Program-made: the position numbers and the translations under genes
The notes under the pieces: model-generated
Databases searched by the model: none
Told to the model about the DNA's origin: nothing
The model's input: only the letters and a program-made list of their open reading frames with translations
In this document: one piece after another, positions 10,866-23,212 of the stretch
How the letters are laid out: each line of letters opens with the position of its first letter
How positions within the stretch are numbered: the stretch's first letter is position 1
From: Halocafeteria seosinensis
Taxonomy: Eukaryota
NCBI GenBank assembly: GCA_001687465.1
Contig: LVLI01000094.1
Span: 1-64,000 of the forward strand
Direction of reading: 5' to 3'
DNA length: 64,000 bases

Positions 10866-13520
10866 ATGAGCAATAATCATAATTATCCCTATCAACAGCA
10901 GCAACAGCAACAGGGACAGCAGGTGGGAATGCCACCTAATCCCAACCCTCAGCAGCAGCAGCAGCAGCCATATCCTCCACATACACAGACCTCGAGCAAC
11001 AATGCTCCTCCACCGCCGCCGCCGCCTCATATGATGGGCGGAGGTATGCCGCCCCCTCCGCCCAACATGATGCAAGGACAGCAAGCGTTCGTACCCCCGC
11101 CGCCACCACCTGGAATGATGCCTCCACAACAACAGCAGCAGCAGCCATATCAACAGCAGCCTCAGCAGCAGTATCAACAACAACCGCAGTTTCCGCCGGG
11201 GCAATCGATGCCCATGTCTATGCCCATGCCCCCACAGCAGCAGCAGCAGCAGCCGCCGAGGGGACATTATGGGCCGCCGCCGCCGATGCAGTATCAAATG
11301 TACGGAAGTGGGGCTCCACAGCAACAACAGCCACAGTATTATCAGCAGCAACCGTATCAACAATTCCCGTATACTGCTACACAGACTGCTAATGGAACGC
11401 AGCAGCCGATAGAGTCGACAGAAATCTACCGAGCTTGGATCGGCAAGTTTCCTGCGAATACCGCAGAGGAGCTCCTTCGGGCATTGCTAGAAAGTTGTGG
11501 ATATTTGTATGAGTGGAAACGAAGCAGGGATCCCGAGAGTGGAGAAACAAAGTCTTTTGGGTTTGCGCAGTTCTTATCAAGTGACTCGATCGGTCGAGCG
11601 CTCCGGGTGTTGACTGGATTTCCTTTGGAGGACAAAATGATATCAGTAGTCGTGGATACTAAGACGAAAACAAAGCTCAAAGAACAACGACAGAAGCATG
11701 TTGAAGCAATTGAGAGCCACGGCACGCAGCTCTTCGATGTGAAAGATGAATCCTCTGGAGTATCCTCTTCTTTGTTCCACCGCTACACTGACGCTCGTGC
11801 AACTTCTTCATCTACGGATTGGGATGAGCTGTGGAAACTTACTCAAGAGGAAATAGACAAGGATACCAAAGCTTTAGAGAATATGGAGAAAATATTGTCT
11901 GATTGGGCAGATGGGACTCTAGCCTCCCAGAAACGCCATGAAGAGGCTGGAAATAAGCCTTGGTGGGAGGATCAACTGAGAGAGGGGCCCGCAGTTCGTT
12001 TCCACGATGAAGACAGGGAGGAAAGTAGCCATCGTATTCCGTTAATGAATGATAAACTAAGGAATCAGATTGACGCGTTTCGTACTGCGGGGGAACATCA
12101 GGACGAAGAAATTCGTAGGCGGCAAGAGCTGAAAAAGAAGCGAGAAGTGGAGATGATGCGCCGAAGGGCGCGCATTGAAGCTGAGCGAAAAAAGAAAGAA
12201 GAAGAGAAAAAACAACAGGAAGAAGCAACTTCCAGCAGTGAATCCGCTACCAGCGCAAGCGATTCCGCTACAGCTACTGTTGCAGCTGGGGCAGAATCTT
12301 CCACCGTTCTGACGTCTACCTCGATGAGTAGTGTCGCAGCAACTGGAGATGAGAATGTTCACACGGAAAGCACCAGTAGTGTCGTCACGACCAACACTAC
12401 CGCTGCACATAACACTACGACAACTTCAGAGGATAGGATGTCAACGGACAGATCCAAGAAACGGGAATCAAGGGACCGGAGAAGCAAGAGCCGTCGAAGC
12501 CGGTCCTCCTCTCGAGACAGTCGTGAGAAGCGTAGCAAGAGTCGCCGCAAACATCGTCGAAGTCGGAGCAGGGACCGGAGCAGAAGCCATAGGAAGAAAA
12601 AAGAGCGACGAAGCCGGAGTAGAAGCAGAAGCCGTAGTAAGGATAGAAAGCATCGGCGCCGTGATCGCCATGCCAGAAAGTCTGAAGAAAAGAGCGAAAG
12701 TGATGCCAATGACACGACCCAAACCTCTGAACCGGCTATGTCAGCCGCCAGCAACGAAGTGGTTGCCTCGGGGCCCAACGTTAGTGACACGTACACGAGT
12801 AGCGGGAGCAATGGCAGTGCGCTCACGGTCTCAGCACCTTCGCCAACAACACAGGCATCGTCTGACACCGAGGAGTCCAGCGCTGGACCGTCATCGTCCC
12901 ACCCATCAGCCACTGTCTCAGTGACAAGTACAAGTGAAGTCTCCGCCGTTGGAACCAGCGGAGTGACTAGTACGACTAGAGAGGCCGATAGGAACTTGAA
13001 GCGCTCTAATGAATCCCAGACTGTGAGAATAGCATTTGGAGGGAAGAAACAGAAGCAGAAGAAAGGAGTGAATGCGGCGGCGAGTAAACCAGTATTTGAA
13101 GAAGACAACCAATCCTATCACTTCCGTCCTTCTATGCTCGCTTCCCATGGAGAAGACTCTACCGGTCATGAAGTGTTCATACCCAAGGATATGCACGCTC
13201 TATTCGCTAAGGATATGCAACCGACTTGGGTAGAACTTGAAAAGCACGATGCTGTAAACAAGTATATTAAACCATGGGTAATCTCCAAGGTGATTGAATT
13301 CCTTGGAGAAGATGAACCGGCAATGAGAGACCTCATTCTCAACCAACTGAGCTCTCAAGCAAAAGCGGGGCCTTACAACCTCCTAGAGGAGCTACAACTA
13401 GTTTTGGAAGACGATGCAAAAGACTTTATGATAGAGTTGTGGCAAAATCTACTGTATCTGGCAGGAACAATCGCCCAAGGGAAACCAGCACTTCTTCACC
13501 AAAGCAAGGAGCAGCAATAG
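10866..13520 (+). CDS. RBM25: RBM25/Snu71-like splicing factor (polyQ/P, RRM, RS-rich region, C-terminal PWI)
   Basis: RRM AWIGKFP...LLESCG...WKR...KSFGFAQF; RS/RD-rich tract; PWI-like IKPWVISKVIEFLGEDE...LEDDAKDFMIELWQNL. Confidence 0.88.
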   Translation: MSNNHNYPYQQQQQQQGQQVGMPPNPNPQQQQQQPYPPHTQTSSNNAPPPPPPPHMMGGGMPPPPPNMMQGQQAFVPPPPPPGMMPPQQQQQQPYQQQPQQQYQQQPQFPPGQSMPMSMPMPPQQQQQQPPRGHYGPPPPMQYQMYGSGAPQQQQPQYYQQQPYQQFPYTATQTANGTQQPIESTEIYRAWIGKFPANTAEELLRALLESCGYLYEWKRSRDPESGETKSFGFAQFLSSDSIGRALRVLTGFPLEDKMISVVVDTKTKTKLKEQRQKHVEAIESHGTQLFDVKDESSGVSSSLFHRYTDARATSSSTDWDELWKLTQEEIDKDTKALENMEKILSDWADGTLASQKRHEEAGNKPWWEDQLREGPAVRFHDEDREESSHRIPLMNDKLRNQIDAFRTAGEHQDEEIRRRQELKKKREVEMMRRRARIEAERKKKEEEKKQQEEATSSSESATSASDSATATVAAGAESSTVLTSTSMSSVAATGDENVHTESTSSVVTTNTTAAHNTTTTSEDRMSTDRSKKRESRDRRSKSRRSRSSSRDSREKRSKSRRKHRRSRSRDRSRSHRKKKERRSRSRSRSRSKDRKHRRRDRHARKSEEKSESDANDTTQTSEPAMSAASNEVVASGPNVSDTYTSSGSNGSALTVSAPSPTTQASSDTEESSAGPSSSHPSATVSVTSTSEVSAVGTSGVTSTTREADRNLKRSNESQTVRIAFGGKKQKQKKGVNAAASKPVFEEDNQSYHFRPSMLASHGEDSTGHEVFIPKDMHALFAKDMQPTWVELEKHDAVNKYIKPWVISKVIEFLGEDEPAMRDLILNQLSSQAKAGPYNLLEELQLVLEDDAKDFMIELWQNLLYLAGTIAQGKPALLHQSKEQQ

Positions 13521-13521
13521 C

Positions 13522-16500
13522 TCAACATCGTGAAAGATCGTTCACTAGCTGGGTCAGTCGTTCAAGTGAAGTTGCGTCGCGTGGCTGATACTTCAGATAT
13601 AGGCGCTCAATAACCTTGTATCTCTCATTAATGACGCCCTTGTCAAACCGAACGCAATCATGAATTCCGTAAGAGGTACTGTTTACCTTCCCATAGTCGA
13701 CAATGCACTGAAGAAGATCACGTACAAGAGCATCATTTCGTGCTTCCATCAACGCGTCAAGGCCGTTAGCTTTGGTCCATTCGGTCAGTTTCGACGATTC
13801 CGAGAAAAGGCCATCAGCAATGATCAACAAGCACATACAATATAAGAAGATGTCCCGCGGGTCCATGCACTCACGCAGTGATCCAAACTCCACCGAAGAT
13901 GCCCATTTCTGTAGTGTTTTATACGCTTCACCAAATTGTTCAAACGAACGAAGGTCCCCCGAATCTATTCGAAACCAATAACAGCTAGGTGATCCCAAGG
14001 TTCCTGGCCGTATATCCGCCAAAGATTGTCCAAAGCGCATTCCCCTAACGTCGCCAAGAAGGCCACCTGCAACTGTTGTCCGGATTTCGGTTGGGACATC
14101 CAGACGAAACAGCCATGCAATCGCCAACTCGGTGTGTGATTCCACACATATACCTTGGTTCCAGTGACTGATAAGGTCAGCAGCAACACTGACCGGCTCT
14201 GAAAAAGTAGCAGAGCTCTCTAAGTGGTCTGTTTCCACGTAAGGTTCACCCACTTGCAAGACTTGTCCGAGCGTTTCTGGAGAGCCTTGAGACAACTCTC
14301 CATGCAGCATTTCCGATGAAATGATGAGAAGTCTCATGGCTGCGTCTAGCTTTCTTCCGTGTCCACTTAAAGGGATTAACCCCAGGCCCAAGGATGTCTC
14401 CAGGACTCCCTTGCATAAAGCTCGTGTAAGCGATGGAATCGGGTAAAGTTTACAAAGCACTGTTCCACAGACGAAAACAGTGCAGGACATGATAAGCTCC
14501 GTCAACGAGAAAGCCGCCTTCTCATCCATTATATCCATTCCAGAGGGTAAGTTATTTCGAAATTCCTCTACGACAAATTTCAATGGCCATAAAATCCATG
14601 AAGGGTTAAGAACTAGAGGTAACCCTGCGCAATCAGCGTCAAACGAAGAATTTGTGTTACTGTATCCTCGTAAAGCAGCCAGGCTTCCGGTACCGCTAGC
14701 TGATTTAGATGATTCCTGTTGTTGATAAGCTTTCTTGTCCCAGCGTTGGCGGGGCCATGTTGCTTGAAGGTGCGAAAAGTCGTCTAGGAATTCGCAGCGG
14801 AAGATGCACACACTATTATTGATCTCCTCCTCCGAACCTATAAGGCGTACAAATGCTTCTTCCAGGTCCCTTTTCCATTTGCTAACATAGGCAGACGGCT
14901 CTTTATTGGCACTATCCCGATTTCGTTCCAGAATTATATCCCACAGTTCTTTCGTGACCCCGTCACGACCTACGTCAGCATAAAACAACATCTGTAAAGA
15001 TATGGGAGCCAAAACGATATCCTTCAAAAACGAAGCTGCTATCGCTTCTTCGGAAGGAATACACGCACTGAGAGCAGTCAACGCTCCACGCACTGTATGC
15101 CTCCAAAGCTCCTCCTCGTTGAATTTCGACAGCGTACCTCCAGCTAGTCCTCCGATAAACATTCTACTAATTGTGTAAGACAGAACCAGCCACAGCCGAC
15201 GATTGCGAAAGTAGCAAAGCTGCATTGGAGCTAGATGTAAGGCCTCGCCGAAATCTAACTGGCAGTTGCTTCCATAACCTTGGGACGCCACCATGCTCGT
15301 TTCTTCACTTGCAGTATCCAGCAGTCTTCTTAAACTGCTGAAGACCCCTGAATGGCACGCCATGGCATAGTGAGATTCCTCAGGTGATAGCACAAATATC
15401 CACGAGCCATTAGGTCCGAGCATGTTCAGCAACTTCACCCACATACTCAGCAGTTCCAAAGACCACGAGTCTAGATCCCCTCCAGCTGCAAGGGCATCAT
15501 GGAACACGCTACTCCTCCAAATCTTCGTTAAGCACCAGTAAACCGAGGCTTGAAACGTTGTTAGGCTGTGGTGGTGCTCAATGTAATACATTATCGGCTC
15601 TTGTTGCTCGCAGAGACAAGGCTGGCAACTGATGCTTTCATCCTCTTGGGTGGTCAACGCCACACTAACATTATTTGATATCAGCAGTTCGGAAAGAGCA
15701 ACGATCAGTCGGAGACAACCCGTTAACAACACTATGCCATGCTGGTTACATCTACGTCCCTCCGTCGATAGTAGAACATCTCTGATACATGTGAATGCAA
15801 ACTTTTGAATTGGTAGTAACATATTCGATAAGTCCGCCAAAATCTCTGCATTTTCTGAAGAAGGTGTGTTCGGATCCTGGAGTTTCGATAAGACACTATG
15901 GCACATGCTCTCAGCCAGTAGAGTGAACTGGAGCTGCATGGTGCTGCGCAATGGTTTCTGGAGATCCACAACGCGAAATAGTCCCTCCGACTGAGCAAAC
16001 TGTATCCAGTACAACCACGAGCTTAGATCTATGCCATGCAAGTTAGAAAGTCGACACACACGGATAGCCTTCTGAAGCAAGGACACTATATGTGTTGACC
16101 TTTCAAAGTCAAGCCCCAGCACGCCCATCATTCCAATTATTCTCCTAACACTGCCCAGAATTCCGGTATCGATTGCTAGCGCCCGGGCAACATTCTTATC
16201 GGACGCGAGCAAAGCCAAAAATACATCCATACAGGAGGATAGCACCTGCCATTGTATGGATGTGGACCGCTTGCCTTGCGAGGACACATCTGTTAGATGG
16301 AAATCAAAAACTTGTTGAATTGAAGCTATCAAACCGTTGGGCTTGCGCTTGACATTTTGCTGCAGCTGTTGTGGCAATCGATGCTGAAGGACTCTCTCTG
16401 CGACGGCGCCGTGTCGCAAACAGAGTGATGTTACTATTTTCAGTACTGCATCCACGCTATTGTCCAATAGTCCTTCCTTGTCAGAGTCACTTGGTTGTAA

Positions 16501-18186
16501 AGAAAGAGACAATAGCACTGTCAGTCGATTTAGAAGTGCCTGAAAAGGCTGCTGGGGAAGCTTTCCTATCGCAAGAACGGGATCGTCAACAAAAAGAGAC
16601 GAAAACGACGACAGGGAAATGCCACCCCCGTCTCCTTCCCGCCCATTACTTACCATCAAATCGGACACACACGATGACTGGGTCGCTTGAGGCGACAAGA
16701 GAGGCGGTGGCAGCGCATGTCCCATGAATGTATCTACAAGCGCATAACAGCTGGACCCAAATGAGGCACATTCATCTCCAAAGCGAGTGTTCTTTTCCTC
16801 GGTGCAGCATACGAAGGCTGCAAGGGTAGATATAGCAGCCCGCGAGACCGCAGGATGCTGAGGTATTGCAGCTTTTCCAGGAACTATAGCTTTTAAACAA
16901 GAGTCACTTATTTCTTTCATATCCAGAAGGCTGGAAAGAATCAATGGTCCGATGCCCTGCGGTAATGGCTTTAAAAACGTCGCCCGATCACTGTCTCCAG
17001 CCGTGCTAAAGAGCTCCTGTTTGATAGCTTCCCGCCGATTCCACATGATGCTGGACAAAGTCTTGAGGGCTAAACCTCGCTGATTTGGCATAGTCGAACC
17101 GGCAAGATACACAAGCTCATTCAACGTATAACCCGGGCTAGTAGGGTCGTCGCCATGATGATACAGTTCAGTTTCATTTGAGCTAGAACCTGCAGGAATC
17201 AGGTAGCCATCTAGGTGGAACCTCGGTTCGTTGCTACGTGCATTTGATTGCTCTGGGCTTCGAGTCCACTGTAGTTTTTCAAGCTCTTGTTGGGGTACCC
17301 TGGACATATCAATATCTCCTTCAGCTGTAAGTGCTTCACGTTCCATAACTTGTTCCTCAGTTGCACTACTTGGATCTGGTTCACCCAATGATTCAGTCGG
17401 ACTGAACGTTACTCCCTTTGAGGAGTGTGGGGGTGGAGGAGCGCGCGCTGTTCGCTGACAAGACTGCTCACTGCCTTTCTCCCTTGAATTTCCTTTCATA
17501 CCGGAGCGACTACCGTCATCAGAGTTTTCCATGTGCTTACCATCGTTTTGGTCGGTAGACGAGCTCTCCTTAACTCCGGTTGTAGAACTTCCTCGGAGCC
17601 TTTGACTCCATGACTGTAGCATCTCCGGAGAGAAGCGAGAGAATACATCGGAAAGGAGTTCCTGGCGTTCCTCATCAGTCATCTGCTGTATCCGGGCAGC
17701 ATTTTCCTGGTGGATTTGGTCGGGATCCATTTCTTTGGCCAAGCGACTATGGCGTTGCAATTGACGATGAAGGGAGCCATTGCTAGATTGCGACTCAGCA
17801 GTGGAACTACTTTCGGATGCTCGGAGACGATTACTGGCATGAGAGCTCTCTCGACCTATCCTCATCGACTCATCACTTGGATTAGACCGCTGCTGTGTTG
17901 TATGGGCATATGCTGCGTTCATACGGCGCTGCTGGAAGAGTGACACTTTCCTTCCTCCACTTGCAGGCGAAGTGGGACTTGTGCGTCTACTCCCTGCTGC
18001 AGCACCATCTTCGGCGCTCTGGACGGAACCACGGGCATTGTTTATATCTTCGTTAACCCCACAATTCAAGCGCTGCGGTCTAGGGAATCCTCCTTCTGTG
18101 GGCGTAAACACTTGTGAACTCCTCTCGGCCGAGGAATCGGCATTGCGTTCCACGATTTTTCCTCCCGAAGGAAGCACTTGATCCAT
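13522..18186 (-). CDS. RPAP1: RNA polymerase II-associated protein 1 (RPAP1/Rba50/IYO)
   Basis: RPAP1_N motif IHQENAARIQQMTDEE and RPAP1_C motif RFHLDG...LYHHGDDPTSPGYTLNELVYLAGST.PNQR.LAL; 1554-aa ORF. Confidence 0.9.
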   Translation of the reverse strand: MDQVLPSGGKIVERNADSSAERSSQVFTPTEGGFPRPQRLNCGVNEDINNARGSVQSAEDGAAAGSRRTSPTSPASGGRKVSLFQQRRMNAAYAHTTQQRSNPSDESMRIGRESSHASNRLRASESSSTAESQSSNGSLHRQLQRHSRLAKEMDPDQIHQENAARIQQMTDEERQELLSDVFSRFSPEMLQSWSQRLRGSSTTGVKESSSTDQNDGKHMENSDDGSRSGMKGNSREKGSEQSCQRTARAPPPPHSSKGVTFSPTESLGEPDPSSATEEQVMEREALTAEGDIDMSRVPQQELEKLQWTRSPEQSNARSNEPRFHLDGYLIPAGSSSNETELYHHGDDPTSPGYTLNELVYLAGSTMPNQRGLALKTLSSIMWNRREAIKQELFSTAGDSDRATFLKPLPQGIGPLILSSLLDMKEISDSCLKAIVPGKAAIPQHPAVSRAAISTLAAFVCCTEEKNTRFGDECASFGSSCYALVDTFMGHALPPPLLSPQATQSSCVSDLMVSNGREGDGGGISLSSFSSLFVDDPVLAIGKLPQQPFQALLNRLTVLLSLSLQPSDSDKEGLLDNSVDAVLKIVTSLCLRHGAVAERVLQHRLPQQLQQNVKRKPNGLIASIQQVFDFHLTDVSSQGKRSTSIQWQVLSSCMDVFLALLASDKNVARALAIDTGILGSVRRIIGMMGVLGLDFERSTHIVSLLQKAIRVCRLSNLHGIDLSSWLYWIQFAQSEGLFRVVDLQKPLRSTMQLQFTLLAESMCHSVLSKLQDPNTPSSENAEILADLSNMLLPIQKFAFTCIRDVLLSTEGRRCNQHGIVLLTGCLRLIVALSELLISNNVSVALTTQEDESISCQPCLCEQQEPIMYYIEHHHSLTTFQASVYWCLTKIWRSSVFHDALAAGGDLDSWSLELLSMWVKLLNMLGPNGSWIFVLSPEESHYAMACHSGVFSSLRRLLDTASEETSMVASQGYGSNCQLDFGEALHLAPMQLCYFRNRRLWLVLSYTISRMFIGGLAGGTLSKFNEEELWRHTVRGALTALSACIPSEEAIAASFLKDIVLAPISLQMLFYADVGRDGVTKELWDIILERNRDSANKEPSAYVSKWKRDLEEAFVRLIGSEEEINNSVCIFRCEFLDDFSHLQATWPRQRWDKKAYQQQESSKSASGTGSLAALRGYSNTNSSFDADCAGLPLVLNPSWILWPLKFVVEEFRNNLPSGMDIMDEKAAFSLTELIMSCTVFVCGTVLCKLYPIPSLTRALCKGVLETSLGLGLIPLSGHGRKLDAAMRLLIISSEMLHGELSQGSPETLGQVLQVGEPYVETDHLESSATFSEPVSVAADLISHWNQGICVESHTELAIAWLFRLDVPTEIRTTVAGGLLGDVRGMRFGQSLADIRPGTLGSPSCYWFRIDSGDLRSFEQFGEAYKTLQKWASSVEFGSLRECMDPRDIFLYCMCLLIIADGLFSESSKLTEWTKANGLDALMEARNDALVRDLLQCIVDYGKVNSTSYGIHDCVRFDKGVINERYKVIERLYLKYQPRDATSLERLTQLVNDLSRC

Positions 18187-18439
18187 TATCGTTTGCTTCT
18201 GCGGGGTTATTTAATTTTCTCAGGGGAATACATTCGTGTGTACACTCACCAATACAAAATAATCATGGTAGTGCTTTGTCTGCATGCAATTTCACAGAAA
18301 TACACGTACATACATGCAATGAATGCCAGCACGTACACATGGTTATATTGTATTGTCAAGTATCCACTATTACACTGGTGTATTCTGAATTTGGAGAATT
18401 CTTGAATTCTTCTTTTTGGTGCCAGAGAGGAATCGAGAA

Positions 18440-19750
18440 ATGGAGGTGGTCCTGAACGTGACGGATCCAGTGACAGGAGAGCAACAGACGTTTACTTGCC
18501 CTTGCAGAGATTTGTGCGCCAAGAGCAAGTTCTTTCGAGACCATCCAGCACTGGAACCCTCACGCTCGCGCAATGCAGGAAGATCTGCTGCTTCACCCGT
18601 GTACCTCAATATTCAATGTGATATCCCAACGTTCTCATGGCTGCTTAAGTGGGTGACGACGCAAGACGACCGTGCGGTCAATGCTGCAGACAAACCACAA
18701 TTAGGTACGCCCTGACAGTGTCATACCGCTTGTCCGAAACTGTCTTAAACGTGCCAAAGTTTGCAGATGTGGGTAACGTGACGTCCATCTTGATTAGCTC
18801 CCATTTCCTGGGAATGCGCAGTGTAACAACGGCAGCGATACAGTTTTTCAGTCAAAACTTGGCCGAGATTGCGCGACAGCCTATTGATTTCAACTGCATC
18901 TCCGACGAACTTATTCGCAGAATTGCTCGACAAACGGATGTACGTAGGTTTGTGATTAAGAACGTGCTAAGTTTTGCATTGAACATGATTCCCTGCAGTT
19001 ACTAGCGTTGAAGTCAACTATCGTCCAACTCCCTAGCAATGTGTTGGTTATGCGAACTGCTGCAGCTCGCAATCTTGATCCACAACATGTCATTCACAAT
19101 GCAAAAAGGCAAGAAGCAAAGGCAGAGATGGACGGTAGGGGAGAATACCCTTCTGCGGAACCGTACTCCAAGCCTAACCCTGTTCAACCAGCCTCACCTT
19201 CCCCCAAGACTCCCTCTCCGAACAAAACTTCTGTGGTGGGTAAAAAGCCGAATAGGACGGCCTCCGCAGAGTCGTCTAGTCAACCTGAGGGTTGGGGCAG
19301 GCGCCCAGACACAAGGAGCAGCCAATCGGGTTCACATCGTGACCTAGGAGACAACTGGTTTGACTACGAGTACCATGGCAGCTTACCGTTTTCCCGCCGA
19401 GTTCTCGTTGGTTCTGGTCGTGTCATCAAACATGGATGGCATTCGTATGTAAAGTCAGATGAAGTAGATGAGGCTGCACAGCGGAGACTGAACCGGGATG
19501 CTCGCCGGGATGAAGATGAATTTCATCGGACGAGCAACTTTCTACAGAAGCTCATAGCAGACACCACTGGAGGTTCATGATCGAATATGGGAGAGTGCAT
19601 TTAATTGTAAGGATTCTGAAACATTTGTACTCCTGCTGTATATCAGTTGTGCTGGAAGAAAGTGTGGAGGTTGACCGCTGTATTTTGACCCTATCATTTA
19701 TCAAAAGCCCGAAGGAATCGAATAAACAGAGGAAGAGACAGATGAGATAG
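18440..19750 (+). CDS. SANBR/KIAA1841-like BTB (DUF3342) protein, spliced
   Basis: VLNVTDP...FTCP...SKFF...NIQCDIPTFSWLLKWV, then after an intron (~18705-18766) NVTSILISSHFLGM...IDFNCISDELIRRIA, which matches the KIAA1841 BTB pattern. The 3' end is uncertain. Confidence 0.75.
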
Positions 19751-20011
19751 GGAGAGAGAAGTGCGACACGAGATAAACATGTTAGCAATGTCGAGAGCAC
19801 GTCAAGAATGGGGCTGCGCAGTGGCGATACCGAACGTGAGCAATATAGGAACCGAAGCTGACAACAGGGTCAGGTTGTTAAGGTGCCTTGTTTCTTCTAG
19901 ACATTAAGCGGGTGCACACCGCAGCGGCAAATGAGTGATGTCCACGAACACTGTAACATGTGTGATTGCAAACATTGTGTTCCTCTTTGCACCCGCTAGC
20001 GCTACAACTAA

Positions 20012-20890
20012 TTATCTTCGAAACGGATGGGCGCCAATTCTTCTACTGGAACCCGATCCAGATTCGCGGTCTCCCAATCGCGAGGAGGCATCTCCCGTTT
20101 GTTGGTCAGTAAATGTTTCTACGCGTCCGTCCTCGTGGCGCACGGTCCTCTTCGTTCGAGTAACCTTCTTCCCGTTTTCAATGACTGTTTCCTGCTGAAT
20201 AGACTCACCAGGGCCGGAACCACCAAAGGAGGTACTCGTGAATGACATAGTTGTGGCTCCTCCCCCGAATCCACCACCGAAAAAGTCGTCAAATGGATCA
20301 CCACCTCCGCCGAACATACTAGCAAATGGATCTCGACCACCGCCACCACCATGACGTCCTCTTCCGCCCATACCTCCCATTCCCATGCCCATCGATTCAA
20401 ACATTTCCGCAAAAGGATCCTTTCCACCAAAGAATTGTTCAAATATAGATTGGGCACTCATAAAGTCCATTCCTCCCATATCGGCACCTCCCGTTCGACC
20501 ACCACTTTGTTGTGCTCCTTCTTTGCCGAAGCGGTCGTACATCTTCCGTTTATTATCATCCGAGAGTGTATCGTACGCTTCTGTTATTTTCTTGAACATT
20601 TCTTCGGCATGTTCCTTGTTATCTGGATTTTTATCCTGCATCACGAATCCCGCCATGTCGTTTGTAAAGCTAGGCGAAGCATATACTCCCCTCTACGTAA
20701 ACTTCAAAAAGAGTGTCGAACACCACCCACCACCCAGGGCCTCGGTGGAAACGACATACTACATAGACGAACCGATGCCACTTACAGGATGCCATTTAAT
20801 CGCGAGTTTCTTGTACGCTTTCTTGATGCTGGAGGATGAGGCGTCCGTGCTGACCCCCAGCACGTCATAATATTCTCTCTCGACCACCAT
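20012..20890 (-). CDS. DnaJ/Hsp40 class B protein (DNAJB6-like)
   Basis: YYDVLGV...[18 protein letters not shown] with the HPD motif split by intron 20636-20785, followed by a G/F-rich region. Confidence 0.92.
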
Positions 20891-21396
20891 GTTTCTTTTG
20901 TTCTTATGTTCCTTCACGCGAACCTCGCAGAAACAAGCAAAGCACCAGCAGGAACAGGACAGGGCAGGAAATAGGGATGTATGTGTGTATGTATGTACTG
21001 CACGTGCCGATCAAGAGATCAAGCTACAAAACTACATGTGACAATCAACCGGCAAGGTGTCCTTATACAGGCAAGTAGCGCGCGGCACGAAAAAGCTTCA
21101 ACTTTGACGGCTTCCACGGTTGAAGTTGGGGCTGCCGGGGGAAAACGGTCTCGGTACGCACATACAGTATGTGGTGTTGTAGAAGACCCCCAAGAGTGAA
21201 ATGTGCAATGTTCACGCAATGTTTTTTACAACTCGTGGATACAGATTTCGGTAAGCTCCTGAACTAGGTCTGGTACGTGCATGGCATTCATGGCACATTG
21301 CGTGGCTTCTTGCTGTCGTGGAAATACCAGAACTGTGTGTATTTAGATAGATAGAGGAGATTTCTCGATGTTTTACCGGGGAAGATGTCTATTGGC

Positions 21397-23212
21397 TCAA
21401 CCCATAGTTGGGCGCTCGAAACTGTGAAGACCATGAATGCTACCTTCGCGCTGAGCAGCAGCTGAACGTCGTTCCATGCGCAACTCTCCCGCTGCCAACA
21501 TTTCATGTACCTTCATGACTGACCGGCAACCAAGGTCTTGCAAGCCATGTCGGACACCTTGGAACAAATACGGTAAATAGCGATGGATGCTTCCTTTATC
21601 CACGACAGCGCCGGCTACACCTTGAGCAACGCGGACTGACCCGCTTTCGCTAAAGTAACGTTTTGCACTTCCCTTCGTCATGGCCTCGAGGCTGCCCATT
21701 CCTCTATACTTTTTCACTCGCACACCATCTTGGAAATAGTAACCTCCAGGAGCTTCCTCGGTACCAGCAAGCATGGATCCCATCATTACGGTAGACGCTC
21801 CCAACGACAGTGCCTTCGTAATGTGACCGCTGCTGCTGATTCCACCGTCGGCAATGATTGGTATCCCATACATCTTGGCAACACGAGCAACATGATATAC
21901 TGCCGATGCTTGGGCTCTACCGACGGCGCAAACCTCTTGCGTTGTGCAAATGGACCCGGAGCCCATGCCGACTCGAATTCCATCCACACCTGCGTTAATC
22001 AGAGCAGCCGCCTGAGCACCAGTGACGATATTTCCACCGATGATATCCAGGTTCGGATATTTTTCTTTTGCATGCTTGACCATTTCCACTTGGAAGGAAC
22101 TCGTTCCTTGAGATGAGTCAATAACAATGACATCAATACCCTCAGCGACAAGTGCAGCTAGCCGCTCCTTATCTTCTGGCCGAGTTCCAATCGCAGCGCC
22201 ACAAAGCAATTGCTTATTGGCATCTTTTGAAGCTGCAGGAAAATCTCGATGTTTGTTCAGATCGCTCCTACTAGTCAGCGCCTTGAGATTGTAATCTGAG
22301 TCCACGATGGGTAGCTTCCTGTAGATTGGCAGGTTTGGTGCATACACCAGGTGAGAGGGAGCTCGTAAAGAGAGAGGACACTTACCCTTTTTTACTCTCT
22401 CTCAAAATATCGTTAGCTTGAGAAAGAGTGCATGGTTCAGTGGCCACAACAAGTTCTGTTGTCATCACATTTGAAATCGGTATGGAGCGATTAGCGAGGA
22501 AGTCCACGTCACGATTGGTTACAATTCCTGACGAGTAGGATCACAAACTATCATCACGCGTACAAATACTAAATCTTAAAGGCATTGTAGTGCTCGTACC
22601 TAAGAGCTTGGAGCCCATTTTCCCGTCTTGTGTGATGGGAAAGCTACTAAATCCCATCTGTTCAGACACTTCATCGAGCTCCTTCACCGTCTGGTCAGGT
22701 CTGCATACACAGAGTTGAATAAGCGGACAAAGGTAAACACAGATACTAGAATCCACTCGTTGGGTGTCGCTTACCTGAAGCAAACAGGACTGGTAATGAA
22801 GCCGTTCCGAAAGCGTTTCACATGTTGCACCTGTGAAGACTCGAGACCGCGTCTACGCCCGTCATAAAAAGTCGGGTGCACATTTCCAATCACTTACGGC
22901 ATCTACTTGATTCTGAATACTCCAGTTGTAATGTATGATCCCTATGCCACCTTGGAGTGCCATAGAAATGGCCATGTTCGCCTCCGTGACTGTGTCCATG
23001 GGACTGCTAACCACGGGTGTATTCAGGCTGATGTTGCGGGTCAGTCTCGACGTCAGGTCAATTTCAGAGACGCCAAAGTCGATGCACCCCGGTAAAAAGA
23101 TGATGTCATCGTAGGTGAATCCACTCCTGGCTGCTTTATCGAAAAAGATCTCTTCGGCCGAAAAGCCATCCACATGGGAAGTCAGCGTTCCCACAAACTT
23201 CTCGCGATCCAT
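21397..23212 (-). CDS. IMPDH: Inosine-5'-monophosphate dehydrogenase with CBS pair, multi-exon
   Basis: GFTYDD...[10 protein letters not shown], catalytic loop [25 protein letters not shown] and VAQGVAG. Confidence 0.97.

Noticed and set aside
10824..13108. Long antisense ORFs (10824-11363, 12359-13108)
   Set aside because: Shadows of the low-complexity polyQ/P and RS coding regions of RBM25.
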